Source: Terriglobia bacterium
GTDB taxonomy: Bacteria; Acidobacteriota; Terriglobia; 20CM-2-55-15
Reading direction: 5' to 3'
Assembly: GCA_965218585.1 (NCBI GenBank)
Contig: CBDCLE010000022.1
Coordinates: 96,001 to 160,000 of the forward strand
DNA length: 64,000 bases
Of this stretch, positions 1-11,272 are shown in pieces. How positions within the stretch are numbered: the stretch's first letter is position 1; each line of letters opens with the position of its first letter. Made by a program: the position numbers and the translations under genes. The notes under the pieces are model-generated. The model saw only the letters and a list, made by a program, of their open reading frames with translations. It was not told the origin of the DNA and searched no databases.

Positions 1-950
1 CGCTTCGGACGCTGGAGGGCATTGGAGTCGACACCGCCGGAAAGCACCTTGCCCGATGGCGGAACAATCGTGTTGTAGGCTCTTGCCAGGCGTGTGATCG
101 AGTCCAGCAGGATCACGACGTCGCGTTTGTGTTCGACCAGCCTCTTGGCCTTTTCAATGACCATTTCGGCCACCTGGACGTGCCGGGATGCCGGTTCGTC
201 GAACGTCGAACTGATCACCTCTCCGTTGACGGACCGCTGCATATCGGTGACTTCTTCAGGTCGTTCGTCGATCAACAGGACGATAAGAATAACTTCAGGC
301 TGGTTGGCCGTGATGGAGTTCGCTATCGTCTGCAGCAGCATTGTCTTGCCGGTCCGAGGTGGAGCTACGATCAGTCCACGCTGGCCTTTACCGATAGGCG
401 TCAGCAGATCCAGCACGCGCGCCGACAGATGTTCTTGCTCTGTTTCCAGTGTCAGTCTTTCGTCGGGATAGAGTGGTGTCAGGTTGTCGAAGAAGATCTT
501 GTTGCGAGCTTTGTCAGGATGTTCGAAGTTGACGGCTTCAACCTTGATCAGAGCAAAGTAGCGTTCACCTTCTTTGGGTGGACGAACCTGCCCCGATACG
601 GTGTCTCCTGTCCTCAAATCGAACTTCCGGATCTGTGACGGTGACACGTAAATGTCATCCGGTCCCGGCAAGTAGTTGTAATCGGGAGCCCGTAGGAAAC
701 CGAATCCGTCCGGCAATGTTTCCAGTACGCCCTCGCTGAAAATAAAACCGCTCTTTTCTGTCTGAGCCTGGAGGATTTTGAAAATGAGTTCCTGCTTGCG
801 CATGCCCGATGCTCCCTGAATGTTCAGGTCCTTGGTGACCTGGGTCAGGGCGGAGATATTCATCTCCTTGAGTTGGGCGATGTCCATCGCGGTGGAACCG
901 TCTGCACGTTCTGTCACTAGCTTTTTTGTTGGTGGGGTTTTCTCACTCAT
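1..950 (-). CDS. rho: Transcription termination factor Rho (3' part runs off the window)
   Basis: Manual translation from ATG at 950: MSEKTPP...MDIAQLKEM...[43 protein letters not shown]...[19 protein letters not shown] (RNA-binding domain plus Walker A). Absent from the ORF track because it is truncated. Confidence 0.97.
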   Translation of the reverse strand, partial: MSEKTPPTKKLVTERADGSTAMDIAQLKEMNISALTQVTKDLNIQGASGMRKQELIFKILQAQTEKSGFIFSEGVLETLPDGFGFLRAPDYNYLPGPDDIYVSPSQIRKFDLRTGDTVSGQVRPPKEGERYFALIKVEAVNFEHPDKARNKIFFDNLTPLYPDERLTLETEQEHLSARVLDLLTPIGKGQRGLIVAPPRTGKTMLLQTIANSITANQPEVILIVLLIDERPEEVTDMQRSVNGEVISSTFDEPASRHVQVAEMVIEKAKRLVEHKRDVVILLDSITRLARAYNTIVPPSGKVLSGGVDSNALQRPK

Positions 951-1013
951 GTGGGGTTTTCTTGATGTTGCGGTGTGTGGTTCGGATTCGTTGGAGAATC
1001 CATCCCTCTCCAC

Positions 1014-1589
1014 CTATGAAACGGCAGTCTGAATCCTGTTTAAGATCTCCTTTTTTCCAAGACGCGTGACTGCCGAGAATGGAATCAGCTCTTCGGCTCC
1101 GAGCGTTTCCTCGGCTCTCCTGGCCGACTGAATCAACCGATTCCGTGAAAGTTTGTCTGACTTCGTCAAAACGGCTGTGTTGTCGATTTCGTAGTGGTCT
1201 AACCACTCTTTCATTAAAATGTCGTCCGAAGTCGGCGGGATGCGGCAATCTATGAGCAGCAACGCCAACCTCAACTGTGGCCGGTCTCGCAAATAACCTT
1301 CAACCATATCTCTCCACGTCGCCTGTATCTTCTTGGGAACCTTGGCGTATCCGTATCCGGGTAGATCGACGAAGTAGAAACTGTCATTGATGAAATAGAA
1401 GTTGATGGTCTGTGTGCGTCCGGGCGACCGGCTGATCCGGGCCAGTTTGCCCAGATTTGCCAGTGCGTTCAGCAAGCTTGATTTTCCAACGTTCGATCGG
1501 CCTATAAAAGCGATCTCCTGGAGTTGATCACGGGGAAAGTCAGCCGGTTTCTGGGTACTCTTGATAAATCGGGCGGAACTGACTTTCAC
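1014..1589 (-). CDS. engB: Ribosome biogenesis GTP-binding protein EngB/YihA/YsxC
   Basis: GRSNVGKSS, DLPGYGY and TKSDK G-motifs; usual position after lon. Confidence 0.95.
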   Translation of the reverse strand: MKVSSARFIKSTQKPADFPRDQLQEIAFIGRSNVGKSSLLNALANLGKLARISRSPGRTQTINFYFINDSFYFVDLPGYGYAKVPKKIQATWRDMVEGYLRDRPQLRLALLLIDCRIPPTSDDILMKEWLDHYEIDNTAVLTKSDKLSRNRLIQSARRAEETLGAEELIPFSAVTRLGKKEILNRIQTAVS

Positions 1590-1956
1590 GGGAGGTTGAG
1601 CACGGAAGGCTCATTTCCAGACAAGATTATTCTACCAATTATTGACTGCAAATATCCAGTTTAAGCTTGGGATAGGGGGCGGACACTGTCTGAGGCCCCG
1701 TTTTACCGTACCTGTACTGTCGCCCGAATTGTCCGTTCACAGGCTTCGAATGTTCTCGGGATACTGACGCCTCGGCTCCGCCTCGTTGTCCACACGCACC
1801 GTCAGACCGGTGCGGGTCCTTTCAGGGACCAGCTTCAACGTTCCGTCGATTCCTATAGGCCGCGCAATCAGGATGATTGCGTGGGTCGCCGGTCGTTCGG
1901 CCAGGATGGCCGCTTGAACGACCGAGCGAAATCTTTTCTTGAGGCAACTGTCCTGC

Positions 1957-4368
1957 TTAGTGTGCCACGGAGGTGGGATCTTTGCCCGGCTCTCCGGTCA
2001 GTGCGGCCGGATCGAAGGCCTCTGATTCATCAAGCGGCGTAGGCTGCTCGGTGAGGGCGACCTTCAGCACCTCGTCCATGTTTTCTACGAGGTGAACCGT
2101 GAATTCATCCAGAATGTTCGCCGGGATGTCAGCCAGATCTTTCTGGTTGTCCTGAGGCATGATGATCGTTCGCAGGCCCGCACGGTGCGCTGCCAGCAGC
2201 TTTTCTTTGACGCCCCCGATCGGCAGAACCTTGCCTCGCAGCGTGATCTCTCCCGTCATCGCAACATCACAGGAAACCGGGATGCGCGTCAGTGTGCTGA
2301 CGATCGACGTCGCCATTGTGATCCCCGCCGAGGGGCCATCTTTCGGGATCGCACCTTCCGGTACGTGAAGGTGAATGTCGAGTTTCTGGTAGAAATCCTT
2401 CTGAATTCCGAACGCGTGGGCGCAGGACCGGACATAACTCAGGGCTGCCTGGGCAGATTCCTGCATGACATCACCCAGCTTGCCCGTCAGTGTCAGTTTC
2501 CCGCTGCCTTCCATGAGAGTCGTTTCCGTGGCGAGGATTTCACCACCGACTTCGGTCCACGCAAGACCGGTGACAAAACCAATCTCGTTCTTGGATTCCT
2601 GCTGGCTTCGGCGGAATTTCGCTACTCCCAGGTAATCACTGAGGTTGTCCGCCGTGATACTCGCCTTGTGTTTCTTGCCTTCCCGAACCACCGCGCGGGA
2701 TACCTTGCGGCAAACCGAAGAGATTTCCCGTTCCAGGTTACGGACGCCAGCCTCGCGTGTGTACTGGCGAATGATGCCCCCGATGCTTTCGTCATCGAAC
2801 TGGAGCTGTTTCTTGGTGAGGCCAGTCGTTTCCACCTGCTTCGGAATCAGGAAGCGCTTGGAGATTTCCTTCTTTTCTTCCTCGGTGTACCCGGGGATGC
2901 GCAGGATCTCCATTCTGTCCTGCAGGGGTCGTGGGATCGTATGAAGAACGTTCGCGGTAGCTATGAACATCACCTGTGACAGATCGTAGTCCACGTCCAG
3001 GTAGTGATCGTTGAAGTTCGAGTTCTGTTCGGGATCGAGGACTTCCAGCAGTGCGGCTCCGGGATCGCCCCTGAAGTCCATCGTCATCTTATCGACTTCG
3101 TCCAGGAGGAAGACCGGGTTCATCGTTCCCGCCTTCTTCAGCATCTGAATGATCTGACCGGGCAGGGCGCCGATATAGGTCCGGCGGTGTCCGCGAATTT
3201 CGGCTTCGTCCCGGACGCCACCCAGGGCGAACCTGACAAATTTGCGACCCGTCGCACGCGCGATCGACATTCCGAGCGAGGTCTTGCCAACTCCCGGGGG
3301 GCCCGCAAAGCACAGTATGGAACCCTTGGGTTTCTTCACGAGTTGGCGTACCGCCAGGAACTCGAGGATTCGATCCTTGACCTTGTCCAGCCCGTAGTGG
3401 TCTTCGTTCAGGATCCTTTCGGCCGCTTCGATGTCACGGATTTCGCGGCTGCGCTTCTTCCATGGCACAGCGATCAACCAGTCGACGTAGTTCCGAGAGA
3501 CGGTTGATTCGGCCGACATTGCGGGCATCATTTCCAGTCGACGCAGTTCCTGGATGGCCTTTTCGTAGGCTTCTTCAGGCATTCCGGCGTCCTCGATCTT
3601 TGCCCGAAGCTCATCCAGATCAGATTTTTCGTCCTTCTTGCCCAGCTCACGTTGAATCGCCTTGATCTTTTCGTTGAGGTAGTACTCTTTCTGGGCGCGC
3701 TCCATCTGGCGCTTGACGCGGCTCTGAATCGACCGGTCCACCTGAAGCTTTTCTATCTCGATATCCAGCAAGTCTGCGAGGCGCTTGCATCGCTCCACCG
3801 GGTTGAAAATTTCGATGAGTTCCTGCTTCTCTTCTACCGACAGTGTCAGGTGCGAACAGATCGTGTCCGTCAGGCGGCCGATGTCATCCATCCGGACTGC
3901 GGCCAGGACCTGCTCGTAATTGACGTTCTGGCTGAGCTTGACGTACTGCTCGAAAAGCTGGCTGACCCGCGCGATGAGGTTGTCGTAACCCGAGAAGGTC
4001 TGATTTCTGAAAGGCGAGAGTCGCAGGTTCGCTTTCAGATGTTCGTCTTCCTCTGCAATATTCAGTATCCGGGCGCGCTCAATGCCCTCGACGAGAACCT
4101 TGGTGTTTCCGTCCGGCAGCTTCAGTGCCTGGACCAGGTTCGAAATCGTCCCGACCTGATAAATTTCGTTGGGTTTGGGATTGTCGATCGCGGCGTCGTA
4201 CTGGGTCGAAAGGAAGATTCTCTTGTCCCCGTCCATAGCGGCTTCCAGAGCTCTCACCGAGGACTTTCGCCCGATGACGAAGGGTACCAACATGTAGGGG
4301 AAGATGACGACGTCCCGAATCGGGACCATGGGTAGCTTGACCTGCTCGTATTTGTCCTTCGTACTCAT
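1957..4368 (-). CDS. lon: ATP-dependent protease La
   Basis: GPPGVGKTS Walker A, PKDGPSAG catalytic Ser, GGVKEK Lys; 803 aa. Confidence 0.98.
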   Translation of the reverse strand: MSTKDKYEQVKLPMVPIRDVVIFPYMLVPFVIGRKSSVRALEAAMDGDKRIFLSTQYDAAIDNPKPNEIYQVGTISNLVQALKLPDGNTKVLVEGIERARILNIAEEDEHLKANLRLSPFRNQTFSGYDNLIARVSQLFEQYVKLSQNVNYEQVLAAVRMDDIGRLTDTICSHLTLSVEEKQELIEIFNPVERCKRLADLLDIEIEKLQVDRSIQSRVKRQMERAQKEYYLNEKIKAIQRELGKKDEKSDLDELRAKIEDAGMPEEAYEKAIQELRRLEMMPAMSAESTVSRNYVDWLIAVPWKKRSREIRDIEAAERILNEDHYGLDKVKDRILEFLAVRQLVKKPKGSILCFAGPPGVGKTSLGMSIARATGRKFVRFALGGVRDEAEIRGHRRTYIGALPGQIIQMLKKAGTMNPVFLLDEVDKMTMDFRGDPGAALLEVLDPEQNSNFNDHYLDVDYDLSQVMFIATANVLHTIPRPLQDRMEILRIPGYTEEEKKEISKRFLIPKQVETTGLTKKQLQFDDESIGGIIRQYTREAGVRNLEREISSVCRKVSRAVVREGKKHKASITADNLSDYLGVAKFRRSQQESKNEIGFVTGLAWTEVGGEILATETTLMEGSGKLTLTGKLGDVMQESAQAALSYVRSCAHAFGIQKDFYQKLDIHLHVPEGAIPKDGPSAGITMATSIVSTLTRIPVSCDVAMTGEITLRGKVLPIGGVKEKLLAAHRAGLRTIIMPQDNQKDLADIPANILDEFTVHLVENMDEVLKVALTEQPTPLDESEAFDPAALTGEPGKDPTSVAH

Positions 4369-4452
4369 TTATAGACTCATTTCCGGTGCCCGAATTTCCC
4401 GTTAAGTGTTGGGGTTGCGACCGGAATCTTGCTAGTCCATCGGGTAGCCCGC

Positions 4453-5685
4453 TTACCCGGCCTTCTCAAACGGCAACCGTACTTCCTTCTTTTCGACCAT
4501 CTGCTTGGTGATCGTTAGCTCTTCGTGCTTTTTTTGTCCCGGAATGGTGTACATCACGTCCAACATCAGCTCTTCCATGATGATGCGGAGGCCTCGGGCC
4601 CCTACGTTCCGTTTTATGGACTGTGCCGCGATTTCGGAAATCGCCTTATCGGCGAACTTCAGCGTGACGTTCTCGTACTCGAACAGGCGCTGATACTGCT
4701 TGACCAACGCGTTCTTGGGACGGGTCAGGATCTCCACCAATGCCGCCTGATCCAGATCGTGGAGGGTCCCCACTACCGGAACGCGTCCGACAAACTCCGG
4801 AATCATTCCATATTTGATGAGGTCTTCGGGTTCGACGACATCGATCAGCTGCGATCGGCCCTCGTCACTCTTGCTGCGAAGTTCACCCTTGAAGCCCATC
4901 GTGCTGCGCTTTGCCAGGCGCTTTTCGACGACTTCCTCCAGGCCTATGAACGCGCCTCCACATATGAAGAGGATGTCGGTCGTGTCGACCTGGGTGAATT
5001 CCTGGTGAGGATGCTTGCGCCCGCCCTGAGGGGGAACGTTGGCCACGGTTCCTTCCAACATCTTTAACAGGGCTTGCTGAACGCCTTCGCCCGAGACGTC
5101 ACGCGTTATCGAAGGGTTCTCGTCCTTGCGGCCGATCTTATCGATCTCGTCGATATAGATGATGCCGGTCTGGGCGCGCTCTACATCTCCGCCGGCGCTC
5201 TGGACCAGCCGCAGGATGATGTTTTCGACATCCTCCCCCACATAACCCGCTTCTGTCAGGGTTGTTGCGTCTACGATCGCAAAGGGAACGCTGAGCAACC
5301 GTGCCAGTGTCTGGGCCAGAAGTGTCTTGCCCGTGCCCGTAGGTCCGATCAGCAGAATGTTGGATTTCTGGAGTTCGACTTCGGACTTTTTGCGTGCCAG
5401 TTCGATCCGCTTGTAGTGGTTGTAGACCGCTACGGCCAGCTTCTTCTTCGTCTGGTGCTGGCCGATGACGTATTGGTCCAGGAATTCCTTGATTTCAGGT
5501 GGTTTAGGGAGGTGAACGTTGCGCGGTGCCGGTTCAAGGCCTTGATCTTCGTCGATGATGTCCTGGCATACAGCAACACATTCGTCGCAGATAAAGACCG
5601 TTGGACCCGCAATCAGTTTCCGTACGTCATTCTGACTCTTGTTGCAGAACGAACACCGAAGCGCTTCATTGCTGTTCTTTTTCAA
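4453..5685 (-). CDS. clpX: ATP-dependent Clp protease ATP-binding subunit ClpX
   Basis: CSFC...CDEC zinc finger, [16 protein letters not shown] and RKH loops. Confidence 0.98.
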   Translation of the reverse strand: MKKNSNEALRCSFCNKSQNDVRKLIAGPTVFICDECVAVCQDIIDEDQGLEPAPRNVHLPKPPEIKEFLDQYVIGQHQTKKKLAVAVYNHYKRIELARKKSEVELQKSNILLIGPTGTGKTLLAQTLARLLSVPFAIVDATTLTEAGYVGEDVENIILRLVQSAGGDVERAQTGIIYIDEIDKIGRKDENPSITRDVSGEGVQQALLKMLEGTVANVPPQGGRKHPHQEFTQVDTTDILFICGGAFIGLEEVVEKRLAKRSTMGFKGELRSKSDEGRSQLIDVVEPEDLIKYGMIPEFVGRVPVVGTLHDLDQAALVEILTRPKNALVKQYQRLFEYENVTLKFADKAISEIAAQSIKRNVGARGLRIIMEELMLDVMYTIPGQKKHEELTITKQMVEKKEVRLPFEKAG

Positions 5686-5766
5686 ACCGGTTTTCCTCCA
5701 CCCTTTCGTCAGGTTGTGCGGCCTGCTGATATTAGTCTAACCCATTAATTTAAAATGAGTTGGGCT

Positions 5767-6378
5767 CTACAGGCGCTTGGAGATTACCTCGTCGATAATA
5801 CCATAGTCCTTGGCTTGCTCTGCGCTCATGATGTAGTCCCGATCCACATCCTTTTCCAAGCGGTCCAGTGGTTGATTCGTATGCTTGACGAGAATGTCGT
5901 TGAGGATGCTCCGCATCCTCAGAATCTCCTTCGCGTGTATCTCGATGTCGGTCGCCTGACCCTGCAAACCACCCATCCATGGCTGGTGGATCATGATGCG
6001 GGCATTCGGCAACGAAAATCGCTTGTTAGGAGCCCCAGCCGCGAGTAGAACCGCCCCCATACTGGCCGCCTGGCCAACACATATCGTCGTCACGTCGGGC
6101 CGGATGAACTGGATCGTGTCGTAGATCGCCAATCCGCCGGTGATGGAACCACCCGGCGAGTTGATATACAGAGATACGTCCCGTTCGGGGTCTTCTGCTT
6201 CTAAATAAAGGAGTTGTGCCGTTACGACGTTGGCGATGTTGTCGTCTATCGGTGTTCCTATAAAGATGATGCTGTCTCGGAGCAGCCGCGAGTAGATGTC
6301 GTAGGCGCGCTCGCCCCGGTTGGTCTGCTCGACGACCATTGGAATAAGTGCCATCTTTTCTTCAGGAATGTTCTGCAT
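5767..6378 (-). CDS. clpP: ATP-dependent Clp protease proteolytic subunit ClpP (alternative start ATG at 6354)
   Basis: [26 protein letters not shown] and MIHQP motifs. Confidence 0.98.
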   Translation of the reverse strand: MQNIPEEKMALIPMVVEQTNRGERAYDIYSRLLRDSIIFIGTPIDDNIANVVTAQLLYLEAEDPERDVSLYINSPGGSITGGLAIYDTIQFIRPDVTTICVGQAASMGAVLLAAGAPNKRFSLPNARIMIHQPWMGGLQGQATDIEIHAKEILRMRSILNDILVKHTNQPLDRLEKDVDRDYIMSAEQAKDYGIIDEVISKRL

Positions 6379-6500
6379 TAACTCGTTCTCGCTCTATTCC
6401 CCTACGCGCAGTAGGACTTAATAACGTTATCGGAAAATTGTGTCACAAACTGGTGAGAAAAACAGCATCTCGGAAAATCAGGGCCGTCCCAATTCCCCGG

Positions 6501-7841
6501 TCACGACTCGGTGACCCCTGTTTTAGATTCCCTTCCAAGGCTCCCCGCAGGAACGATCTTCGCCCGTTCCTGCAGAATCTCGAGGATCTTGGTGTTACGG
6601 ATCTGTCCTTTGATCCTTTCTATTCCGTTATTTCCGTTCAAGGCCTCACGGACGCTATGGGTCGTCTGCTGCATCTGGGTGGCCATCGACTCGATTTCCT
6701 GGTCGATATCCTCCTCGGATGCATCGACGTTTTCCTGATCGGCCAGGTGATCCAGTATCAGAGAGCCCCGAACGTCGCGCACAGCCTGGTCATATTGTTC
6801 ATTCCGGACTTTGCCCCAGTCCAGATCCATCTGCTGGGGGTTGATCCCCTGCCGGGATAGATCCCGCATCAGGCGTTGAAGCCGAACCTGGACCTGATGT
6901 TCCACGAGCGTTTCCGGGACTTCGAATTCGTTGTTTTCCTCCAGCCACTGGAGCAGGGAGTCCCGCATCTGCTCGTCGGCATGCGTCTTCTTGTGTTCTT
7001 CGAGGTTTTGCCGGACTTCCTCCCGAAGATCAGCCACCTTCGGGTAATCTCCCAGACTCTGGGCAAACTCGTCGTCAAGTTCAGGCAATTTCTTCTCTTT
7101 GATCGAATCGACGTGAACCGTATACTCGGCCGACTTGCCCGCCAACTTCGGTTCGGGATGATCGTCACGGTATTTCACGCCGAACTCCACGTCGTCACCT
7201 GCCTTGGCGCCCGTCAGATTTTCCGTGAACTCCTTGATCGTCGTTTCGCCCCCAATCTCACACAGGGCCTTTTCAGCCGACAGAGAATCGTCGTCCTCTT
7301 CGCCCTCCATGGTCCCCTTGAACGAGATCTCGACGAAATCACCTTCGGCGATCTCCCTGTCCTCTTCAACAGGCGTCATCTCGGCCCGCTCTTCGACCAT
7401 CCGCTTCAAAGTGTCGTCAACTTCCTCTTCGCCGACTTCCTTGGGCACCTCTTCTACGGGAATATCGGTGTGATTCGTTATGTCGAGTGTGGGATAAACC
7501 TCGAAGACGGCTTTGAATTTAAGCGGTTCGTCCTTCTCGTAATTGACGTCTTCGAATTCGGGAGAATCGACAACGTTCAGGTCTTTTTCCCGGACCGCAT
7601 CGGAGAAATAGTGCGGCAACAGGTGTTGGTACATTTCCGACATGATGTCGTCCCGATAGCGGTTCTTGACGACACTCAACGGAGCCTTGCCCGGACGGAA
7701 CCCGGGCACTTTGGCCTGGCGTTTGAAACTCTTCGCGATCTTGTCGATCTCTTCGCTGACGACGTCTTCGGGAATTTCGATCTCGAAGCTTTTCTTGACG
7801 GTGCTGATGTCGGTGAGTTCTGCCTTCATGGAATGGGTCAT
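6501..7841 (-). CDS. tig: Trigger factor (alternative start ATG at 7829)
   Basis: PGFRPGKAP ribosome-binding motif, FKBP-like middle domain, position before clpP. Confidence 0.96.
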   Translation of the reverse strand: MTHSMKAELTDISTVKKSFEIEIPEDVVSEEIDKIAKSFKRQAKVPGFRPGKAPLSVVKNRYRDDIMSEMYQHLLPHYFSDAVREKDLNVVDSPEFEDVNYEKDEPLKFKAVFEVYPTLDITNHTDIPVEEVPKEVGEEEVDDTLKRMVEERAEMTPVEEDREIAEGDFVEISFKGTMEGEEDDDSLSAEKALCEIGGETTIKEFTENLTGAKAGDDVEFGVKYRDDHPEPKLAGKSAEYTVHVDSIKEKKLPELDDEFAQSLGDYPKVADLREEVRQNLEEHKKTHADEQMRDSLLQWLEENNEFEVPETLVEHQVQVRLQRLMRDLSRQGINPQQMDLDWGKVRNEQYDQAVRDVRGSLILDHLADQENVDASEEDIDQEIESMATQMQQTTHSVREALNGNNGIERIKGQIRNTKILEILQERAKIVPAGSLGRESKTGVTES

Positions 7842-7866
7842 TTCTTGAAAATTACCTAAGGCCGAG

Positions 7867-7948
7867 TGCGAAAGGAGGGACTCGAACCCTCAAGGGTTTC
7901 CCCACTGGATCCTAAATCCAGCGCGTCTGCCAGTTCCGCCACTTTCGC
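7867..7948 (-). tRNA. tRNA-Leu(TAG), CCA not encoded
   Basis: Reverse complement GCGAAAG TGGCGGAACTGGCAGACGCG CTGGA-TT-TAG-GA-TCCAG, long variable arm, GGTTCGAGTCC T-arm, CTTTCGC-A acceptor end. Confidence 0.95.
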
Positions 7949-8046
7949 CCGAAACGAACGAAGGCTCAGTATACCTCAGGGGCTGAGGCCCCACGGGGGC
8001 AAGCTTCCAGTCTCATGGGGTGATTTTCGAAGCCGCTTTTGAATGA

Positions 8047-8075
8047 TTGACAGAAAACCAGATATCTGGAAATAT
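8047..8075 (+). promoter_or_regulatory. vapBC promoter with palindromic operator
   Basis: TTGACA at 8047-8052, 17-bp spacer, weak -10 AAATAT at 8070-8075; perfect palindrome CCAGATATCTGG at 8058-8069 inside the spacer. Confidence 0.6.
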
Positions 8076-8081
8076 GCCTAT

Positions 8082-8372
8082 ATGAAAACAACCCTGAACA
8101 TCGATGACGAGCTGTATCGCCGACTCAAGGCCAAGGCGGCGCTCGAAGGTCGAAAGGTGACCGAACTGGTGGAGGAAGGGGTCCGCGTCATTGTTCAGCA
8201 GAGGTCTCCCGTACGGAAAAGAGAGAACCGGGTCAAGTTGCCGCTGGTACCCGCCAAACCCGGCCAGGGGAAGATGTTTGAAGGCATGACATCGGAGGAG
8301 ATCCACCGACGCCTCGCCGATCTCGAGGGCGAAGCCGATCTGGAAGGCCATGAGGCATCTCTCCGACGCTAA
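8082..8372 (+). CDS. vapB: VapB-type ribbon-helix-helix antitoxin
   Basis: MKTTLNIDDELYRRLKAKAALEGRKVTELVEEGVR; overlaps the downstream PIN gene. Confidence 0.85.
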   Translation: MKTTLNIDDELYRRLKAKAALEGRKVTELVEEGVRVIVQQRSPVRKRENRVKLPLVPAKPGQGKMFEGMTSEEIHRRLADLEGEADLEGHEASLRR

Positions 8373-8799
8373 CCCCTGGATTGCCATGGCCGTGGAGATC
8401 CACCCGCATCACGATGCAGCGCGGCGTTGGATGGACCGGTTGGGGCACCGGGACCAGGTGGTTTTCAACAGGGCGACCCAGACGAGTTTCCTCCGGCTGC
8501 TGACACAGCCCATCGCACCCAGTTACGTTCCAGTTTCCGAGTCCCGCGCCTGGAAGCTTTATGAAAGGCTGTTGGCTGATGATCGTGTTCTCTGGATGCC
8601 CGAGCCTAAAGGCATCGAACCCCTCTGGAGGGAACTCTCGGAGAGTTCGCGTCCAGCCCCGAAGCTCTGGATGGACGCGTATCTGGCCGCCTTCGCGATC
8701 TCGGGCGATTGCCGCCTGGTGACGTTCGACCGGGGCTTCAGAAAATTTCAGGCGAAAGGACTGGATCTACTGCTGCTGTCTGAATCGGAATACGAGTAG
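8350..8799 (+). CDS. vapC: VapC PIN-domain ribonuclease toxin
   Basis: N-terminal DAN, WMDAYLAAFA and LVTFDRGF acidic PIN motifs. Confidence 0.9.
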   Translation: MRHLSDANPWIAMAVEIHPHHDAARRWMDRLGHRDQVVFNRATQTSFLRLLTQPIAPSYVPVSESRAWKLYERLLADDRVLWMPEPKGIEPLWRELSESSRPAPKLWMDAYLAAFAISGDCRLVTFDRGFRKFQAKGLDLLLLSESEYE

Positions 8800-8993
8800 C
8801 CGCGCGTCTAGGATCGTGGACGGCGCGGTTCCGGTTGAAATCCGCATTCAGACCGGAAAACAATCCGCCTTTCACGGTACATTTCCAGTTTTCTCCTTCG
8901 GAAACATTGCACTTCTGATTGATGGACATCCACGTGCTCGCAACACGGCATGAACCCGCGTGTCGTGAGCTATAATTCCCTTGGAGTTTCCAA

Positions 8994-9431
8994 GTGCCTC
9001 CGTCGATAGAAGAACGCGTCGCATATCTGGAAGGGAAAGTGGAAGAACATTCCCATGGCGTCAGAGAAATGCGTGAGTTGATTGTTCAGGTAGACGGCCG
9101 TGTTGCAGCTCTCGATCGCAAGGTCGACCGGTTTCGCGATGAGTTGGCCGCGCGGATCGATGGTGTGAATGGTCGCCTCAACGCCCGCATCGAAGGTCTG
9201 AGTGCTCGTATCGACGGGCTGGAGGCTCAACTCAACGCCCGCATCGAAGGTCTGAGCGCGCGCATCGACGCGATGGAAGTTCACGTGAACGCGCGTATCG
9301 ATGAAGTGGAAGGTCACCTGAGCGCCTGTATCGACGGGCTGGATCGGAAGATGTCCCGCCAGTTCACTTGGCTCGTGGGAATTCAGGTCGCTGTTTTGCT
9401 GACGCTTGTCAGCGCTTTGTTCCAAGGCTGA
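8994..9431 (+). CDS. Coiled-coil repeat protein with C-terminal membrane anchor (DUF1640/Bdr-like architecture)
   Basis: Repeated L(N/S)ARI(D/E)G(L/V) units, C-terminal hydrophobic WLVGIQVAVLLTLVSAL; TATAAT and GGAG upstream of the GTG start. Confidence 0.7.
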   Translation: MPPSIEERVAYLEGKVEEHSHGVREMRELIVQVDGRVAALDRKVDRFRDELAARIDGVNGRLNARIEGLSARIDGLEAQLNARIEGLSARIDAMEVHVNARIDEVEGHLSACIDGLDRKMSRQFTWLVGIQVAVLLTLVSALFQG

Positions 9432-9480
9432 GATATTGCGACGTCCCCTGCCTGGCCGCACACAACAGGCCCGCCATAGT

Positions 9481-11184
9481 TCATGAGCTTTTCAACGAAG
9501 TAGCATCCCTGTAAAAATCCGCGTCATAAAGTGTAGGCCCCGTATCGCCGTCGAGCATTATTTTCCTCAGGAACCGAATCGGTATCCCGCCCTGGATGAG
9601 AAACTCGTCGTGGAATCGTCGGAGATCCGAACTTCCGGTCCCACGCATCCAGTCATCCCTGAGCTTATAGACCTGCAGCTTTCCAAGCGCGTAAGCAAGG
9701 TAGGTCGGATCGTAGGTTCCCCGCCTTGCCTCTTCCTGTGCGTTGGCCGGTTCGGCGAATCCCTTCTCCTCGAAGATTCTGGCTCCTTCTGCCACCGTCA
9801 TGCCCTCGGTGTGGAGTTTGATCCCGACTACAAAACGGCAGTCGCGCAAGAGCGCTTCCTGGAGCTGGGCCAGCCGGAGGATTGAGGGGTCCCGACCGTA
9901 GCCGACCTCGATCATCATTTGTTCGGTGTAGTGTGCCCAACCCTCAACGTTCGTGTGACAGTCCAGGAGTTTCCGGGTTCGGGTTGGGAAACGGGGTGCG
10001 TTCAGGAACTGGACGTAGTGACCGGGATAGGCTTCATGGATCGTGATGATCTCCATCACGGGACGATTGAAAAGGCGCAGGTGTTCTTCCTGATGTTGGG
10101 GGGTCCACTCGGGTTCGGGTGGCGTCACATAGTAGTAGGCTTCGCATTCCGGTTTTTCGTAGGGGCCAGGTGTATCCATAGCCGCGAACACACCGAATCG
10201 AAAATATGGGGGCGTTTCTACGATGGAGGGCGGCGTGTCCCGAGGAATGGTCACGATCTGACGGTCGTTAATGAAACCGACGACGTCAGCGAGCGTGTCG
10301 CGCGCTGAGGAGAGAAAGTCTTCAGCAGACGGATAGTCGTCGGAGACCTCCCGCATGATTTCCGATGGCGTTCGATCAGGGTTGATTCGGGCGGCGACTT
10401 CGACAAAATCCTGATAGTCACGCTCCAGATTCGCTTCGCCGATTGCCAACAGGTCGGACAAAGGGATGTCGACCCTTTCTTCGTATCGGAGTTTTGCCAG
10501 GAATGCTTCTTCTCCAATCGCGTACTCAGCTCCGGAGCGGGGCAGCAAATCCTCTTCCAACCATTGCGCTGCATTTTCTACTGCTTCTGCAGCCGGCCGA
10601 TGTGCTCCCCTGAACTCCTCTAACAGGTCGCTATCTCCTTCAGCTGCCTTGAAGGCCCACTCCTCCAATGTGGCTCCAAAGAAGCCAACCGAGCCCTTTG
10701 CGATGCGGATTGCCAGGTCGGTGAATTCCTTCGGCGCGTCGGTCACGTTTGTCTTCATGGCTGACACCGCAGGAGGGATTCCCCGTAGGCGTGACGTGAG
10801 CGAACGGAGTCTTTCGGGGGGAGGTGCAAAGTCCCGTTTGATCAGACCGTCGATGGTGTTGCCGATCGCCCACAGGTAATCGATCGGATTTCGTTTCCAG
10901 TTGGCGACTGTGTCCAACTCCGAAAGCTCGGCCTGGATTTGACCGACGATCACCCTGCGATCGATCTCGTCTGAAGCGGAAAGCGGCGTTTGCCGGGTCC
11001 GTTCGAGTTGTTCCTGCTGCTCTTTGAGTTGTTCGATACGTTTCAGGGTAGCCGGGGCGGAAAGATCCGGAAATTCGCCGTCCCGGTTGTGGATGCCCGC
11101 CGCTGTAGCGCGTGAAGGGCTGCGCTCGAAAAGCGCTTCGAAGTATTTTTCCACGAAAGCGGGGAATTCAGGTGGATCGCTCAT
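9481..11184 (-). CDS. DUF885 family protein (putative metallopeptidase)
   Basis: HEAYPGHYVQ, EGWAHYTE and YALGKL motifs. Confidence 0.85.
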   Translation of the reverse strand: MSDPPEFPAFVEKYFEALFERSPSRATAAGIHNRDGEFPDLSAPATLKRIEQLKEQQEQLERTRQTPLSASDEIDRRVIVGQIQAELSELDTVANWKRNPIDYLWAIGNTIDGLIKRDFAPPPERLRSLTSRLRGIPPAVSAMKTNVTDAPKEFTDLAIRIAKGSVGFFGATLEEWAFKAAEGDSDLLEEFRGAHRPAAEAVENAAQWLEEDLLPRSGAEYAIGEEAFLAKLRYEERVDIPLSDLLAIGEANLERDYQDFVEVAARINPDRTPSEIMREVSDDYPSAEDFLSSARDTLADVVGFINDRQIVTIPRDTPPSIVETPPYFRFGVFAAMDTPGPYEKPECEAYYYVTPPEPEWTPQHQEEHLRLFNRPVMEIITIHEAYPGHYVQFLNAPRFPTRTRKLLDCHTNVEGWAHYTEQMMIEVGYGRDPSILRLAQLQEALLRDCRFVVGIKLHTEGMTVAEGARIFEEKGFAEPANAQEEARRGTYDPTYLAYALGKLQVYKLRDDWMRGTGSSDLRRFHDEFLIQGGIPIRFLRKIMLDGDTGPTLYDADFYRDATSLKSS

Positions 11185-11272
11185 ACGTTTGCCGACCGTA
11201 ATTATGGCATGGTCCTTTTAAGTTGCCTGCCGCGATCGTCCTGCATACAATCTGCCCGAGGAGAGCCTCACA

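Noticed and set aside
94-7859. Long plus-strand ORFs opposite rho, lon, clpX, clpP and tig, and similar shadow ORFs elsewhere (e.g. 22861-23775, 48012-49448, 50863-51876)
   Set aside because: They are antisense shadows of well-supported genes in GC-rich DNA, with no recognisable motifs.
7867-9431. Genomic island integrated at tRNA-Leu
   Set aside because: The accessory genes lie on the 5' side of the tRNA; no integrase or duplicated tRNA 3' end was seen.
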